The notes beneath the pieces are model-generated. The model was not told the DNA's origin, searched no databases, and saw nothing but the letters and a program-made list of their open reading frames with translations. Made by a program: the position numbers and the translations under genes. A DNA stretch of 64,000 nt. Origin: Bacteroidales bacterium (GTDB taxonomy: Bacteria; Bacteroidota; Bacteroidia; Bacteroidales; VadinHA17). The DNA lies in contig JAWLEO010000004.1 of assembly GCA_041686075.1 (NCBI GenBank), forward strand, positions 11,006 through 75,005, in the 5' to 3' direction. Positions within the stretch are counted from its first letter, which is position 1. Every line of letters begins with the position of its first letter. This document shows positions 19,592 to 30,362 of this stretch, piece by piece.

Positions 19592-20590
19592 ATGCTTTTA
19601 AGAATTTACAGGGGAGTTGGCCCGGGGACCATCATGGCCATAATAATAAGCCTTGTGCTGGTATGGTTGCAACCACTGTTGCATCCTGTTGAACCGTCAC
19701 TATACCACAATATTAATCCTGCACCTTTGTATTCCCTGATTATGGCTCCTTTTAAGGGGAAGGCTTTAGCCGGGATAATTTTTTCAATGCTTATGGTTCT
19801 TTTAACAGCCATCTACCTGGTTAATTTCAACACCCGTTTGTTTTTTATTAATGAAAGAACATTCCTGCCCGCTTCACTTTATGTTCTCCTGAGCGGGTAT
19901 ATATACAGCAACCAGGTGCTCAACCCGGTATTGCCGGCCTCCCTTCTTCTTCTTGTATCTATCAACAGAATAATCGTTTCTTACAGGAAACCCGGAATTG
20001 CCTATAATCTTTTTGATGCTTCCCTGTTGATTGGGATTGCTGCCTTGATTTATACTAATATTATTTGGTTTTACCTGCTGATAATTATCGGAATAGGCTT
20101 ATTCCGCTCCGTTAATTTCAGGGAAATCTTAATTTCTCTGGTGGGATTGATCACTCCCTTTATAATATTATACTCCTTTTATTACTTTATGGGCCGGGAC
20201 ATCACATGGCTGAATCAATTTTTCATTAAGAGCATAATAACTGATGTGCGTGATTTCTACTGGTCGCCTGAATTTATAATAATATCATCTATTAACGCAT
20301 TCATTTTCATAGTGGCCTTATTACACCTGTGGAGCGTTTTCAATACCAAAAAAGTAAGGTCAAGGAAAATATTTTCACTTTTTACCTGGATGTTAATAAT
20401 CACCGTGCTTATTTATCTTATAATACCGTCAGCATCCGTTGAAATGATGTATGCTTTTCTTATCCCGCTGGTTTATTTCCTTACTCATTATCTTGTTATG
20501 ATGAGGAATAAAAAAATAGCAAATTATTTATTTGCTATTATTTTTCTGTCGGTATTATTCATGCAATTAAACAGGGCAATAATTATTTAA
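19592..20590 (+). CDS. polytopic membrane protein, unknown function
   Basis: 332 aa with ~9-10 hydrophobic helices. Starts 4 nt after purD. No recognisable catalytic motif. Confidence 0.6.
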   Translation: MLLRIYRGVGPGTIMAIIISLVLVWLQPLLHPVEPSLYHNINPAPLYSLIMAPFKGKALAGIIFSMLMVLLTAIYLVNFNTRLFFINERTFLPASLYVLLSGYIYSNQVLNPVLPASLLLLVSINRIIVSYRKPGIAYNLFDASLLIGIAALIYTNIIWFYLLIIIGIGLFRSVNFREILISLVGLITPFIILYSFYYFMGRDITWLNQFFIKSIITDVRDFYWSPEFIIISSINAFIFIVALLHLWSVFNTKKVRSRKIFSLFTWMLIITVLIYLIIPSASVEMMYAFLIPLVYFLTHYLVMMRNKKIANYLFAIIFLSVLFMQLNRAIII

Positions 20591-21017
20591 GCAGGGATAC
20601 AATGCCTACTCCCAGTCCTTTCTTGCCGTCTTTAAATGAGTACCATAAGGTATAAAGTCCTGTTTTATTACAGGAAAATTCCACGGCGGAATACACCTTG
20701 CCGTTTCTTTTGTTTATGGAACTTGTAATAAGGCCATTTGCATCATATAATCCAATTATCAGTTCACCCGCGGAATCTTCTGCATTACACTGAGTAAACA
20801 GGTATGTTTGTTTCTTCATGAGGTATATATTCTCTTTATGAACGGGAATGTTATCCTGGTTGCTTGCTTCCGGTAGCTTAATAACAAAATCTTTAAGGTA
20901 AGTGGTATTCCCGCCTATGCTAAGAGCACAATCACTAACCATCTGTTGATGATCCTGGGCATTTAGTGAGAAAGAAGCCAGTAATAAGGTAATAAAAACG
21001 ATTGTTGTCCTTTTCAT
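20583..21017 (-). CDS. secreted hypothetical protein
   Basis: 144 aa. Sec signal MKRTTIVFITLLLASFSLNAQ, with beta-rich composition. Last gene of the ABC/lipoprotein gene string on this strand. Confidence 0.55.
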   Translation of the reverse strand: MKRTTIVFITLLLASFSLNAQDHQQMVSDCALSIGGNTTYLKDFVIKLPEASNQDNIPVHKENIYLMKKQTYLFTQCNAEDSAGELIIGLYDANGLITSSINKRNGKVYSAVEFSCNKTGLYTLWYSFKDGKKGLGVGIVSLLK

Positions 21018-21026
21018 ATCCAGGGC

Positions 21027-21944
21027 TTAAAATGATACTATTTTATTTCTGATCTCTTCTGTTTTCTGTATTATACCCTCCAGCACATCATCACTGAATA
21101 TTACAGTGCTTTCTTCATTTTGCACTACGATGAGCCTTCCATCTTTTTTTTCAACTGTTTCAGGCTCGCCGGGGGTGTAAGTTATATCAACATCTGAATA
21201 GTTACGCTTTAAATGCTCCAGCTCATTGTAAAGCTCGCTGTATTCATCACTGGTCTCATTGTAGGGTAGGAGCAGCATCAGCAGGTCATTAAGTATGATT
21301 TTTTGTTCACCTATCCTGTTTTTCAGATCTTTGTGTGGATAATCCTTTACTATCTCGCATGCAAGGTATTGGGCCTCCAGCCATACACCTGTTATCATTA
21401 AAGCCGACAGATAGCCCCGGTCGTTATCCCGCAGGTATTTATCGATCTGGTTATACGAGCGAACTGAAAGGAAGAGGAGTGAGTCAATATTACTCCTGTT
21501 TATGGCAAGGTTTTTAAGAGTCTCGAAATCAAAAAATTGGCCAACTCGTAAGTCTTCTGCAAGCTTGTTTATGGTTGATAGTGTTTCAACTGCACTTCCT
21601 GTCTTTTCATATATATTAAGGTAGCCAAGGTCAGCACCGTAAATTCCCAGGCGAAGAGCTTTCTGAAAACTGGTGCTAAGGCTTCCTGCTTCCTCGATTG
21701 ATGCCAGGTGTTTAGCAGTAAAAGGTACTTCCAGGTCAATCAGCAGAGATGCCATTTCAACCGGGGAGCCGATATTCTGGACAATATCGTCTATAGCTTC
21801 CTGGCTTAATTTTTCAGCCTCCTTAACGGGGATGGAATCAGATTCAGGGAAGATAAATTCTGATTCTTTTTTACCCCTGTTCTTACAGGAGAAAGTAAGA
21901 ACCAGAATTATCAAAATTGTGAAAACGGAGAGAACTTTTTTCAT
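21027..21944 (-). CDS. hypothetical lipoprotein (helical)
   Basis: 305 aa. Signal and lipobox-like MKKVLSVFTILIILVLTFSC. 73 nt downstream of the ABC gene on the same strand. Confidence 0.6.
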   Translation of the reverse strand: MKKVLSVFTILIILVLTFSCKNRGKKESEFIFPESDSIPVKEAEKLSQEAIDDIVQNIGSPVEMASLLIDLEVPFTAKHLASIEEAGSLSTSFQKALRLGIYGADLGYLNIYEKTGSAVETLSTINKLAEDLRVGQFFDFETLKNLAINRSNIDSLLFLSVRSYNQIDKYLRDNDRGYLSALMITGVWLEAQYLACEIVKDYPHKDLKNRIGEQKIILNDLLMLLLPYNETSDEYSELYNELEHLKRNYSDVDITYTPGEPETVEKKDGRLIVVQNEESTVIFSDDVLEGIIQKTEEIRNKIVSF

Positions 21945-22017
21945 ATTAGGGCCTTATTGACTTTATTATACAAAAGTAAAAAAATAATAATATTAATGAA
22001 GTTACTTTGTTAAATGA

Positions 22018-25000
22018 TTATTTTTTTGATAAAGAGTTGACTATTCGCTCCAGAATATTGTAATACAAAAGAACATACAATATCAATGACATGAGCCATA
22101 CAAATATCATATTAAAAGTATAGGTGTCAAATCTTATACCCAGCGATACTTTGGTAGGGGCAAAAAAATGGCTCCTGAAAGCAGGGAATTCATCACCTGT
22201 GGGATCACGGTAAATCGGGTCAAAATTTTGAACAAGCCTGTTTTTGTACTCCAGTATCTTATTTTTTTCATATATCTTCCTGACAATCTCTTCCAGCCGG
22301 TCATTGTGATACTGGTTATATAATTCATCCAGCCTTTCCCGGTTGGCACTTATGAATTTGTCTTTCCTGATATCCGCAGAATTACTCATTCTCAGGAATA
22401 TCCTGTTTACAGAGTCAATATATTCAGAAAGTCTTTCAGCAACAAGGTTATCGAAATCAGAATAATTTATTTTACCCAGGTCATTAAATTCGTACAGGTT
22501 TTCATTTTGGGAGAGTTCGGAAATTTCATTACTCAATAGAGACAGTTTGGATGGATTATCCTCGGTCAGCTGTCCACTCCTGTAGTGCAAGACTGTTGTG
22601 TTAAGGGCATTCTCCAGTTCAGGCAAACGGAATATGGAATTGTAATCAGCCACACTGATGGTTTTATTTATGTCGTAAACAAGCATGTCATATTTATTAT
22701 CTTTGAACTGTGTAACCATCAGGGCTTCATAAGTCCACTTCGTAGGCATTATTTCAGCTATCCAGGGAACCTTATCAACACTGCTCACATTACGGTTCAG
22801 TTTATCAAAGGGGAACATTGAACCGCTGAGTACCATCATTGGTATTATAAGGATTGGCACTACAATGTATATGGTGATTGCAGAATTAAAAGCATCCGAG
22901 ACATTGAGGCCCAGGATATTTGCAAATGTTGCAGTGGTAAAAAAAGCAAACCAGTAATGGAAATATAGTTCTTTTATTCCCAGTATAGGATTTGCCACAA
23001 TGATGAACAACAGGGCCTGTATGGCGGATATCGAAAATAAAATAAGGACTTTTGCAGCAAGATAACTACCCTTGCTAAGGTTTAGGAATTGTTCCCTGTG
23101 ACGTATCTTTTTATCTTTAAAGATTTCCTCTGCACTTGTTATGAGACCGAGAAAAAGAGCAACGATGAGGCAAACAAATATATATATCGGGATATTCTCA
23201 TTTTCCCTGAAAATATAAACACTTGAGCCGGGATCAACTATATATCTTATTATGTATGATAATATGAATCCGAGAACCGGTGCCTCGAGGAGGGTGAGAA
23301 GCAAATACTGCCTGTTGGATATTTTGCTGCCCAGGTCCCTGCGGATAAAGATCTGAAATTGTTTCAGGAGGTTTGGCCTTTTAAGGTTCGACCTTGGTCT
23401 GGTTTTTACCTCACGCAGGGGGACAGAAGTGTGCGATTCATTGTACCTCTCAGCCCATTCGGTGGGTGAACGTTTTCTGACACCCGTATATCTCCCGTAT
23501 TCATCTACCACTTCTGTTTCAATGATGTTAAAGATAGCTTCCGGGTTTATGTTGCCACATGTTGGGCATTCACCTATATGGCTTTCTATTTGTTCATCAA
23601 GTCTTTTAAAATATATAAGCGCCTCAATTGGATTTCCGTAGTAAATCATTTCACCACCTTCGTCAAGGATTATTATCCTGTCAAATATCTTATATATTTC
23701 TGAAGATGGTTGGTGTATTGATGTAAATAAGAGTTTGCCTTTTAAGGTCAAATCCCTCAATAAAGACATTACATTCTCGGAATCCCTGGATGATAATCCC
23801 GTTGTGGGTTCATCAACGAAAAGTATCGATGGTTCGCGTATTAGTTCCAGTGCTATGTTCAATCTTTTTCTCTGACCGCCGCTGATTACCTTTTTAAGTG
23901 TGGAGCCCACTTTAAGATCCCTTTTATTGTATAGCCCCAGGGACCTGAGCATCCTGTCTACCTTTAATGTTATTTCATTACTGTCCAGGTCATTAAAACA
24001 AAGGGATGCTGTATAATAAAGGTTTTCGAAGACTGTGAGGTCTTCCATAAGCATGTCTTCCTGGGGCACGTAACCAATTATACCATCCGGTAGGCGGGAT
24101 TTATTATTAAGATCGATACCATTTATTTTCACTGAACCACTGGACGGTTGATTAATCCCAATGAGAAGATTGAGGAGAGTGGTTTTACCCGCTCCGCTAC
24201 CTCCCATTATGCCAATAAGGTTGCCCTCCCTTTCAGCAATGTTTACATTATGAATCCCTGTTTGGCCCCCGGGAAATTTATAAACCAGGTTCTGGGTTAC
24301 CAGGCTTATCTTGTTGAATGACCTTCTCGATAAATAATGGGATGATATATCGCTGTAATATATAGGCTGGCCGTGTTGGTACCTCAGTGCGCTTCCCTTG
24401 GCCAGTGTATATATTTTACCCCTGTCAACGGGCAGGCCATTAAGGTATAGCTGCTTATCAGAGTAATGCTTAATAAAATAAAGGTCCACACTACTTATCC
24501 ACAGTATAACAAGGAGATTGGTTTCTGTATCTTTCTTTTTAGTATTGATACCAGGATCCGGGGAACGCGCAGGATGCTTAAGAACCAGTAATGAACTGTC
24601 ATGGGGGTCCTCATCGGAAGTATGTTTAATAAAACGTTCTATACTTCTGAATTCGTCAGGTAATATTCTGAATACTTCTGCTACAGTATTGATGATATTC
24701 ATTCTCTGAAGGGTGAACCTTTTATCGGCATTTACCAATTCATAAAGCCGCATTACCACAACCACTTTTTGAGCCTGGTTGAGGGTTCGGTTAATTTGCC
24801 TGCATATATTGAATATCTTAACGGAATCTTTTACGGAGGGTGGTTTGTTTTCTACATAAGAAGCATCATCCATTAACGGCCCGGCATTACTGTCGAAGAG
24901 CTTCAGGTATTCATTTACTGATTCATGGCTTAGTTGCGTTTCAAGGAAGTTCACAACATATTCCCTTTCGCTCGATAGCATACCTCCATCCTGCTTAATG

Positions 25001-25047
25001 ATCAGGGCAAAAAGTTGCATCAGCGCTTTCAGGATCTCTTCGCTCAT
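22018..25047 (-). CDS. ABCG/White-type ABC transporter (fused ATPase + ABC-2 permease) with long N- and C-terminal extensions
   Basis: 1009 aa. Walker A GGSGAGKTT, signature ISGGQRKRLNIALELI, Walker B ILFVDEPTTGLS, H-loop SIHQPS. About 6 TM helices are followed by a ~270-aa extension ending in one more TM. The N-terminal ~270 aa include a TerB-like helical segment (LFALIIKQDGGMLSSEREYV). Confidence 0.8.
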   Translation of the reverse strand: MSEEILKALMQLFALIIKQDGGMLSSEREYVVNFLETQLSHESVNEYLKLFDSNAGPLMDDASYVENKPPSVKDSVKIFNICRQINRTLNQAQKVVVVMRLYELVNADKRFTLQRMNIINTVAEVFRILPDEFRSIERFIKHTSDEDPHDSSLLVLKHPARSPDPGINTKKKDTETNLLVILWISSVDLYFIKHYSDKQLYLNGLPVDRGKIYTLAKGSALRYQHGQPIYYSDISSHYLSRRSFNKISLVTQNLVYKFPGGQTGIHNVNIAEREGNLIGIMGGSGAGKTTLLNLLIGINQPSSGSVKINGIDLNNKSRLPDGIIGYVPQEDMLMEDLTVFENLYYTASLCFNDLDSNEITLKVDRMLRSLGLYNKRDLKVGSTLKKVISGGQRKRLNIALELIREPSILFVDEPTTGLSSRDSENVMSLLRDLTLKGKLLFTSIHQPSSEIYKIFDRIIILDEGGEMIYYGNPIEALIYFKRLDEQIESHIGECPTCGNINPEAIFNIIETEVVDEYGRYTGVRKRSPTEWAERYNESHTSVPLREVKTRPRSNLKRPNLLKQFQIFIRRDLGSKISNRQYLLLTLLEAPVLGFILSYIIRYIVDPGSSVYIFRENENIPIYIFVCLIVALFLGLITSAEEIFKDKKIRHREQFLNLSKGSYLAAKVLILFSISAIQALLFIIVANPILGIKELYFHYWFAFFTTATFANILGLNVSDAFNSAITIYIVVPILIIPMMVLSGSMFPFDKLNRNVSSVDKVPWIAEIMPTKWTYEALMVTQFKDNKYDMLVYDINKTISVADYNSIFRLPELENALNTTVLHYRSGQLTEDNPSKLSLLSNEISELSQNENLYEFNDLGKINYSDFDNLVAERLSEYIDSVNRIFLRMSNSADIRKDKFISANRERLDELYNQYHNDRLEEIVRKIYEKNKILEYKNRLVQNFDPIYRDPTGDEFPAFRSHFFAPTKVSLGIRFDTYTFNMIFVWLMSLILYVLLYYNILERIVNSLSKK

Positions 25048-25160
25048 AGAAGCAAATGTTGTGAGTCACTATGGATTCTTAAAAGTAATTAATAATTATT
25101 ACCTGTCAATAAATCCAAGCTTGTAAAATTATAAACGGAATATTTCTTATTTCCTGTATA

Positions 25161-27875
25161 TTATTTATTTTTCTTTTGCAGATTTTCCTCTTCTTTTTTC
25201 TCCATATAAGTTTTGCCTTCTTTTATCCAATCCTCAGCAGGTTCACCAAGTAAGTGATGATCAATAAACTGTTTCACCTTCATGGAATAATCAAGCATAT
25301 TTTCTTCTTTTCTCAAACCATGGTTCTCGCCTTCATAAACAAGCATAATGTATGGTTTTTCCATTCGGCGCATTGTGGTGAACATCTCTATACCCTGGTG
25401 CCAGTCAACCGCTCCGTCCTGATTACCGAAGGTGACGAGGAGGGGAGTTGTGATATTGGCTGCATTGAACATTGGTGAATTGTCCATGTATTCATCCATA
25501 ATCACCCACCACGGTTCTCTTAACCTGCCCTGGGATGTTTCAAAAATTCTCTGGTTGGGCGAACCCGTATTCCAGTATATCACATTATACATACTTATCA
25601 TATCTATTAGCGGGGCACCGGCTATTGCCGCGGCAAAAAGGTCGGTCTGTGTTATTATAAAACTAGTCTGGTAAGCACCCCAGCTATGTCCCATCAGGGC
25701 TATCTTTTTCTCGTCAATCATTCCTGTTTCAAGTACTTTCTCAACGGCAGGTACAACACAGTCAACTGCCGACTCCCCGGGATGATTTGTTTTATATACT
25801 ATATCGGGCTGAAAGACAAAGAAACCAGCGGTTGTGTAATTAGTGGTGTTATAAGCACTTTTCGGACTGGGACTCACATAGCGGTGTACACCTCTGGACC
25901 GTATCTCGTAGATATAGACTATCATGGGATATTTTTTGCCTTTTTCATAATTGGCAGGATAGTACAGGGCACCCTGAAGTTCTTTGCCATCTGTGTTTGT
26001 AAATTCGATGAGTTCACTTTTTCCCCAGTAATAGTCAGACTGCTGGGGATTGGTATTCGTCATCTGTACTTTCTTCCTGAATTTGCTGCTTGTAAGGAAA
26101 ATATCAGGTGAATCAGAATAACTTTCTGAGCGGTACAACAATTGATCGGCAGACTTAGCTTTTCTCAATCCTGATATGTAAAGATCATCAAAGATCATCT
26201 CCTGTAATTTACCCTCAGGGCTTATTTTATAAAAACCGCTTTTCTTTGTTTTGTCACCTCTTGCAGAAAGGTAGAGATCCTCACCTGGTTCGAAATAATT
26301 ATTCTCATAATCGAGCCTGAGGGTTCTGAATATTATCTCGTCTTCACGTCCGTCGGTGAGCTTTATTGTTTCGGTAGTGGCAGGAGAAACCTTCCATACG
26401 TCATATTCATCGTAAATAAGCATATGGCTGTCATCTTCGTACCATCCGCCGGAACCGAAAGGGGGCTTTACTTCCCTCGGGCTATCGTCTCTTGTATTCC
26501 AGAGCTCTGTTTCAATGGAAGAACTTATTAACCTGTTTTCTCCTTCCTTGATATCATATACCCACCAGTTTTTATCTTTAAAATACGGAATATACTTACC
26601 GTCAGGTGACGAATTACCCAGGCGTGTAAAATTCTCGATGATCAGTTTCTTCTCACCTGTTGAAACATTCACAATATAATGGTCATAATATTCAAGCCTG
26701 AAGGCAGGCTGGTATGGCAGATCGGTGCTGATAACTACATTCTTCCCGTCGGCGGTGATATTATAATCCCTGAATTCCTCGTTGCTTATCCTGTTCACTT
26801 TATTATTAGTAAGGTCCCATGAGCATAGGTATACATAATCTTTTTCACTTCTTTCGTACCTTTTTTCCTGTTCGGGCTGGATGGGATCATCTTTCCAGTG
26901 CCAGATATCGACATCGGGTATTTTTTCATCTTTTTTATCCTTTCCTTTTTCTTTTTCTTTTTTCTCCTTCACATGCCAATCATAAATACCGAAGTAAAGT
27001 ATTCTCATATCCTTTGAAAATCTTGGGGTAAAAGTCTCCCGCACTCTCATACTATCAGGTATAACGTCCTTATCGAGCGGATTAAGGCTTTTGATATCCA
27101 AATCGTTGTAGATATCCAGTACAGCAAAGACACTATGATTTTTTTCAACATAGCCGGTATCCTCAAATGACTTGAGAAAGCCAAAGGCATTACCTTCTTT
27201 TTCCCATGCCAGTCTTGTATAAGTACATGTATCAGTGTCAATAATCCTTATTGAATAATCATCCAGGCTGAATAATTCTACTCCATTGCCTTTCTTACCT
27301 TCAGCATCAATTATATAGGCAAGGCGGTTGCCTTTTTTATTGAGACCATAATCTGATACATTGCCTATATTTTTCAATGTCTTCTTTTTAAGATTATAAA
27401 TATAGAGGTCGTAGTTCTTGGTGTTCTCATCGGGGTAATCACTCATAATGAGGTGTTTGTTGTCCTTGCTGAGTGTAAACTGCTGAATATCGTTAAAGAT
27501 TCTTTTGCTGCCCGACTCAAGGTTAAGAAGAACAACTTTGTTCTGTATCTTCTTTTTCTGCTCCTTCATTTTTTCTGTTTCCTCCTTGCTATAACCTTTC
27601 CTTGCTGCCAGCCAGCGGGAGTCATCAGAGAAAGAAGGTGAAGAGCAAAGGCCAAGCTTGTATTCAGTTTCTTTATCCGATGATATAATAAAGAGGGTGT
27701 CATTCCCTTCAACGGGTGATATTAAATAGGAGATCCAGTTACCGTTGTCAGATATGGAATAGGAACCTAAATTTTGCCATTTATCATAATCTTCACGGCT
27801 AAGATTCTTTTTCTGTGCACTGAGTTGGAAGACCATTAAGAGACTCAGCAGGGGAATACTAATATACTTTTTCAT
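25161..27875 (-). CDS. S9 family serine peptidase (prolyl oligopeptidase/DPP-like) with N-terminal beta-propeller region
   Basis: ORF 25161..27980; likely start is MKKYISIPLLSLLMVFQLSAQ (ATG at complement 27873-27875). Nucleophile elbow GHSWGAY, then later GNQDGAVD and ENHGL for the Asp/His of the triad. Confidence 0.85.
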   Translation of the reverse strand: MKKYISIPLLSLLMVFQLSAQKKNLSREDYDKWQNLGSYSISDNGNWISYLISPVEGNDTLFIISSDKETEYKLGLCSSPSFSDDSRWLAARKGYSKEETEKMKEQKKKIQNKVVLLNLESGSKRIFNDIQQFTLSKDNKHLIMSDYPDENTKNYDLYIYNLKKKTLKNIGNVSDYGLNKKGNRLAYIIDAEGKKGNGVELFSLDDYSIRIIDTDTCTYTRLAWEKEGNAFGFLKSFEDTGYVEKNHSVFAVLDIYNDLDIKSLNPLDKDVIPDSMRVRETFTPRFSKDMRILYFGIYDWHVKEKKEKEKGKDKKDEKIPDVDIWHWKDDPIQPEQEKRYERSEKDYVYLCSWDLTNNKVNRISNEEFRDYNITADGKNVVISTDLPYQPAFRLEYYDHYIVNVSTGEKKLIIENFTRLGNSSPDGKYIPYFKDKNWWVYDIKEGENRLISSSIETELWNTRDDSPREVKPPFGSGGWYEDDSHMLIYDEYDVWKVSPATTETIKLTDGREDEIIFRTLRLDYENNYFEPGEDLYLSARGDKTKKSGFYKISPEGKLQEMIFDDLYISGLRKAKSADQLLYRSESYSDSPDIFLTSSKFRKKVQMTNTNPQQSDYYWGKSELIEFTNTDGKELQGALYYPANYEKGKKYPMIVYIYEIRSRGVHRYVSPSPKSAYNTTNYTTAGFFVFQPDIVYKTNHPGESAVDCVVPAVEKVLETGMIDEKKIALMGHSWGAYQTSFIITQTDLFAAAIAGAPLIDMISMYNVIYWNTGSPNQRIFETSQGRLREPWWVIMDEYMDNSPMFNAANITTPLLVTFGNQDGAVDWHQGIEMFTTMRRMEKPYIMLVYEGENHGLRKEENMLDYSMKVKQFIDHHLLGEPAEDWIKEGKTYMEKKEEENLQKKNK

Positions 27876-28002
27876 TTCTGGTAAATTTTTATTGAAAACG
27901 TAAATATAGGAATTATGTATAGTTTTGGCCGGAGCCCAGACATTTTTGTAAAACACAGCTAAACCAAAGACATTCTGCATTCAACATTCAACTCCCTGCT
28001 CC

Positions 28003-30162
28003 CTAAATTGCTTCCAATGTCCCGTTTAGCCGGATATCTTCCGAAGAAGCACCGACCATCAATTTGATCTTCCCCCTTTCAAGAATGAAGTCATGTTTTT
28101 CTACGTTCCAGTACCTTAGCTCATCTGCTTCCAGGGGGATGGTAACAGTCATGCTTTCACCTGCTGGGATATGGATACGCTTGAAGCCCTTTAAAGCCTT
28201 GACCGGTCTTTTAACTTTTGAATCAGGGAAGCTTACATAAAGTTGTACCACTTCATCGCTGTTAACCGTACCGGTGTTTTGCACAGTGAGAGAAACATCA
28301 ACTACCTCTCCTTCCTTTAGTGTTTCCTTTTCAAGCTTAAGGTCAGAGTACTCAAATGAAGTGTAGCTAAGCCCATGTCCAAAGGGGAAAAGAGGTTCAT
28401 GTTTGTCGTACATATATGTGCGGCCATGGCGGATATTGTAATCAAGTATTGGCAGCAGGTTATCTATTGAAGCTGACCATGTTTGTACCAGCCGGCCGGC
28501 AGGGCTTACTTTGCCGAAGAGTATATCTGCCAGTCCGTTTCCCATCTCCTGGCTTGATTGTGTAATGTGAAGGATAGCCGGTACATTTTCTTTAGACCAG
28601 TTAATGGCATATGGGAAGCTGGAAACCATTACAAGCACGGTATTTGGATTGGCAGCCTTTACCAGCTTCACCAGGTCTTCCTGCTCAATGGATATTGCCT
28701 GGCGGTCCACTTCTTCGCGCCCGTCACTGTATACATGATTCTGTCCCCAACCGAGGCCGTAGCTTAGGGGATGGTTGCCGATGCATACTATGGCAATATC
28801 CGATTCACGGGCTGCTGTAACGGCTGAATCCGCCTTATTGGTTTTTGCAAATTTAACTTCGAGATTTTCGCCGGCAGCCTTACTGATGCCGTCAAGTATT
28901 GAGACTCTGTAGGGAGGAGTGCCCGAATACCAGTCCGGGACGACAAGGTTGGCACTGGGACCTATCACGGCGACTGATTTGATTTCTTCCTTGTCCAAAG
29001 GTAAGAGGCCATCATTCTTCAGCAGGACTATCGATTTGACCGTGGCCTCCCTTACCAGGTCCCTGGCTTCCTGCTTTGTCCATGGTTTTGTTATGTCATC
29101 AATACCGATATTGTTGTAAGGATTTTCGGGATCCTCATCAAGTAGACCTAGCCTGAGCATTACCCTGAGGTTACTTCTTACGGCCTCATCTATTTCTTCT
29201 TCAGTCACAAGGCCCTGGTTCAGTGCTTCCCTGAGGGCTGATTTATAATCATCCAGGAAAACAGTTATTCCTGCTTTAATGCATTCAGCGGCTGCTTCAG
29301 GGAAATTATCATAGTACTGATGTGAATTGACCAGGTGGGTAAAAGCGCCACCATCGGTACAGATGATTCCGTTCTGGCCCCATTCTTTCACAGTTATATT
29401 TTCCAGCATGGGGTGGACGGTACAGGGAATACCGTTGTATTTGTTATAGGCAGCCATGAAAGCCCTTGATCCGCCTTCAACAACTCCTTTATAGAAAGGG
29501 TAGGAATAATATTCACGGAAGAGGCGTTCATCAAAGTCGGACGAGTTGATATAGCGGTTATTCTCGTTGCTGTTTGCCAGGAAGTGCTTCATCAGGGAGG
29601 CTGTTTTCCAGTAGCGGGGGTGGTCACCCTGGAGGCCTTTCACAAAGGCGCCTGTAAGGACGGAAGCGAGGTAGGCATCTTCACCGTAGCATTCTTCAGT
29701 GCGGCCCCAGCGTATATCCCTCCCCAGGTCTGCGTTGGGAGCAAGTAAGATAAGGCCGGCACTTTTATAGTCTTCATTCTGTGCCAGGAAACGTGTCTCG
29801 TACGCTTCCCATGCGGCTATTTCCTGGTGCAGCACAGGGTCCCACATCTGTGCCAGGCCATAAGCCTGGGGGAAGGTGGTGGTGGGCGCCTCACCCTCGC
29901 CTTTTACGGCCCAGTTAGCCGGCCCGCTTAGGGCAAGTCCGTGAAGGCCTTCAACAAAGCGCGTTCCTTCCACCCCCAGCCTGGAGATGCCTGGCAGGCG
30001 GGACGACAGGTGGTCGATTTTCTCATCCATGGTCATCAGGGAGATGAGGTTGTCAAGGCGTTCTTCATCGGGAAGATCAGTGTTTCTGAACGGGTATTCC
30101 TCTGTCTGCGAACAGGACAGGGCAGTAATGATTATAAAAATCAGAAATAATGCTTTTTTCAT
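28003..30162 (-). CDS. glycoside hydrolase family 3 lipoprotein (beta-glucosidase/xylosidase-like)
   Basis: 719 aa. Signal MKKALFLIFIIITALSC, GH3 N-terminal barrel, nucleophile-region GIICTDGGA (cf. SDCGA/SDW), alpha/beta sandwich, and a C-terminal FnIII-like domain (VSFPDS..RPVKALKGF..I). Confidence 0.85.
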   Translation of the reverse strand: MKKALFLIFIIITALSCSQTEEYPFRNTDLPDEERLDNLISLMTMDEKIDHLSSRLPGISRLGVEGTRFVEGLHGLALSGPANWAVKGEGEAPTTTFPQAYGLAQMWDPVLHQEIAAWEAYETRFLAQNEDYKSAGLILLAPNADLGRDIRWGRTEECYGEDAYLASVLTGAFVKGLQGDHPRYWKTASLMKHFLANSNENNRYINSSDFDERLFREYYSYPFYKGVVEGGSRAFMAAYNKYNGIPCTVHPMLENITVKEWGQNGIICTDGGAFTHLVNSHQYYDNFPEAAAECIKAGITVFLDDYKSALREALNQGLVTEEEIDEAVRSNLRVMLRLGLLDEDPENPYNNIGIDDITKPWTKQEARDLVREATVKSIVLLKNDGLLPLDKEEIKSVAVIGPSANLVVPDWYSGTPPYRVSILDGISKAAGENLEVKFAKTNKADSAVTAARESDIAIVCIGNHPLSYGLGWGQNHVYSDGREEVDRQAISIEQEDLVKLVKAANPNTVLVMVSSFPYAINWSKENVPAILHITQSSQEMGNGLADILFGKVSPAGRLVQTWSASIDNLLPILDYNIRHGRTYMYDKHEPLFPFGHGLSYTSFEYSDLKLEKETLKEGEVVDVSLTVQNTGTVNSDEVVQLYVSFPDSKVKRPVKALKGFKRIHIPAGESMTVTIPLEADELRYWNVEKHDFILERGKIKLMVGASSEDIRLNGTLEAI

Positions 30163-30362
30163 GGGATGTATATTTCAATGGAATTGATTTACTAAAATAC
30201 TGATTTTGCATGCCAAATAAAATTTTTACAATAAACAAGGATCGTTCCCCTTGTTAACCCGATTCAGCACTTTAACAATTAAACAGTTCAACAATAAACA
30301 GGGGCATGATTTTTGCAATTAATTTATTGACTGCTTATACATTAATAATTAATGCAGGTGTT

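Noticed and set aside
28003-30162. Polysaccharide utilisation locus around the GH3 gene
   Set aside because: There is no SusC/SusD pair or hybrid two-component regulator adjacent. The neighbours are an S9 peptidase and a tRNA, so it is a stand-alone glycosidase.
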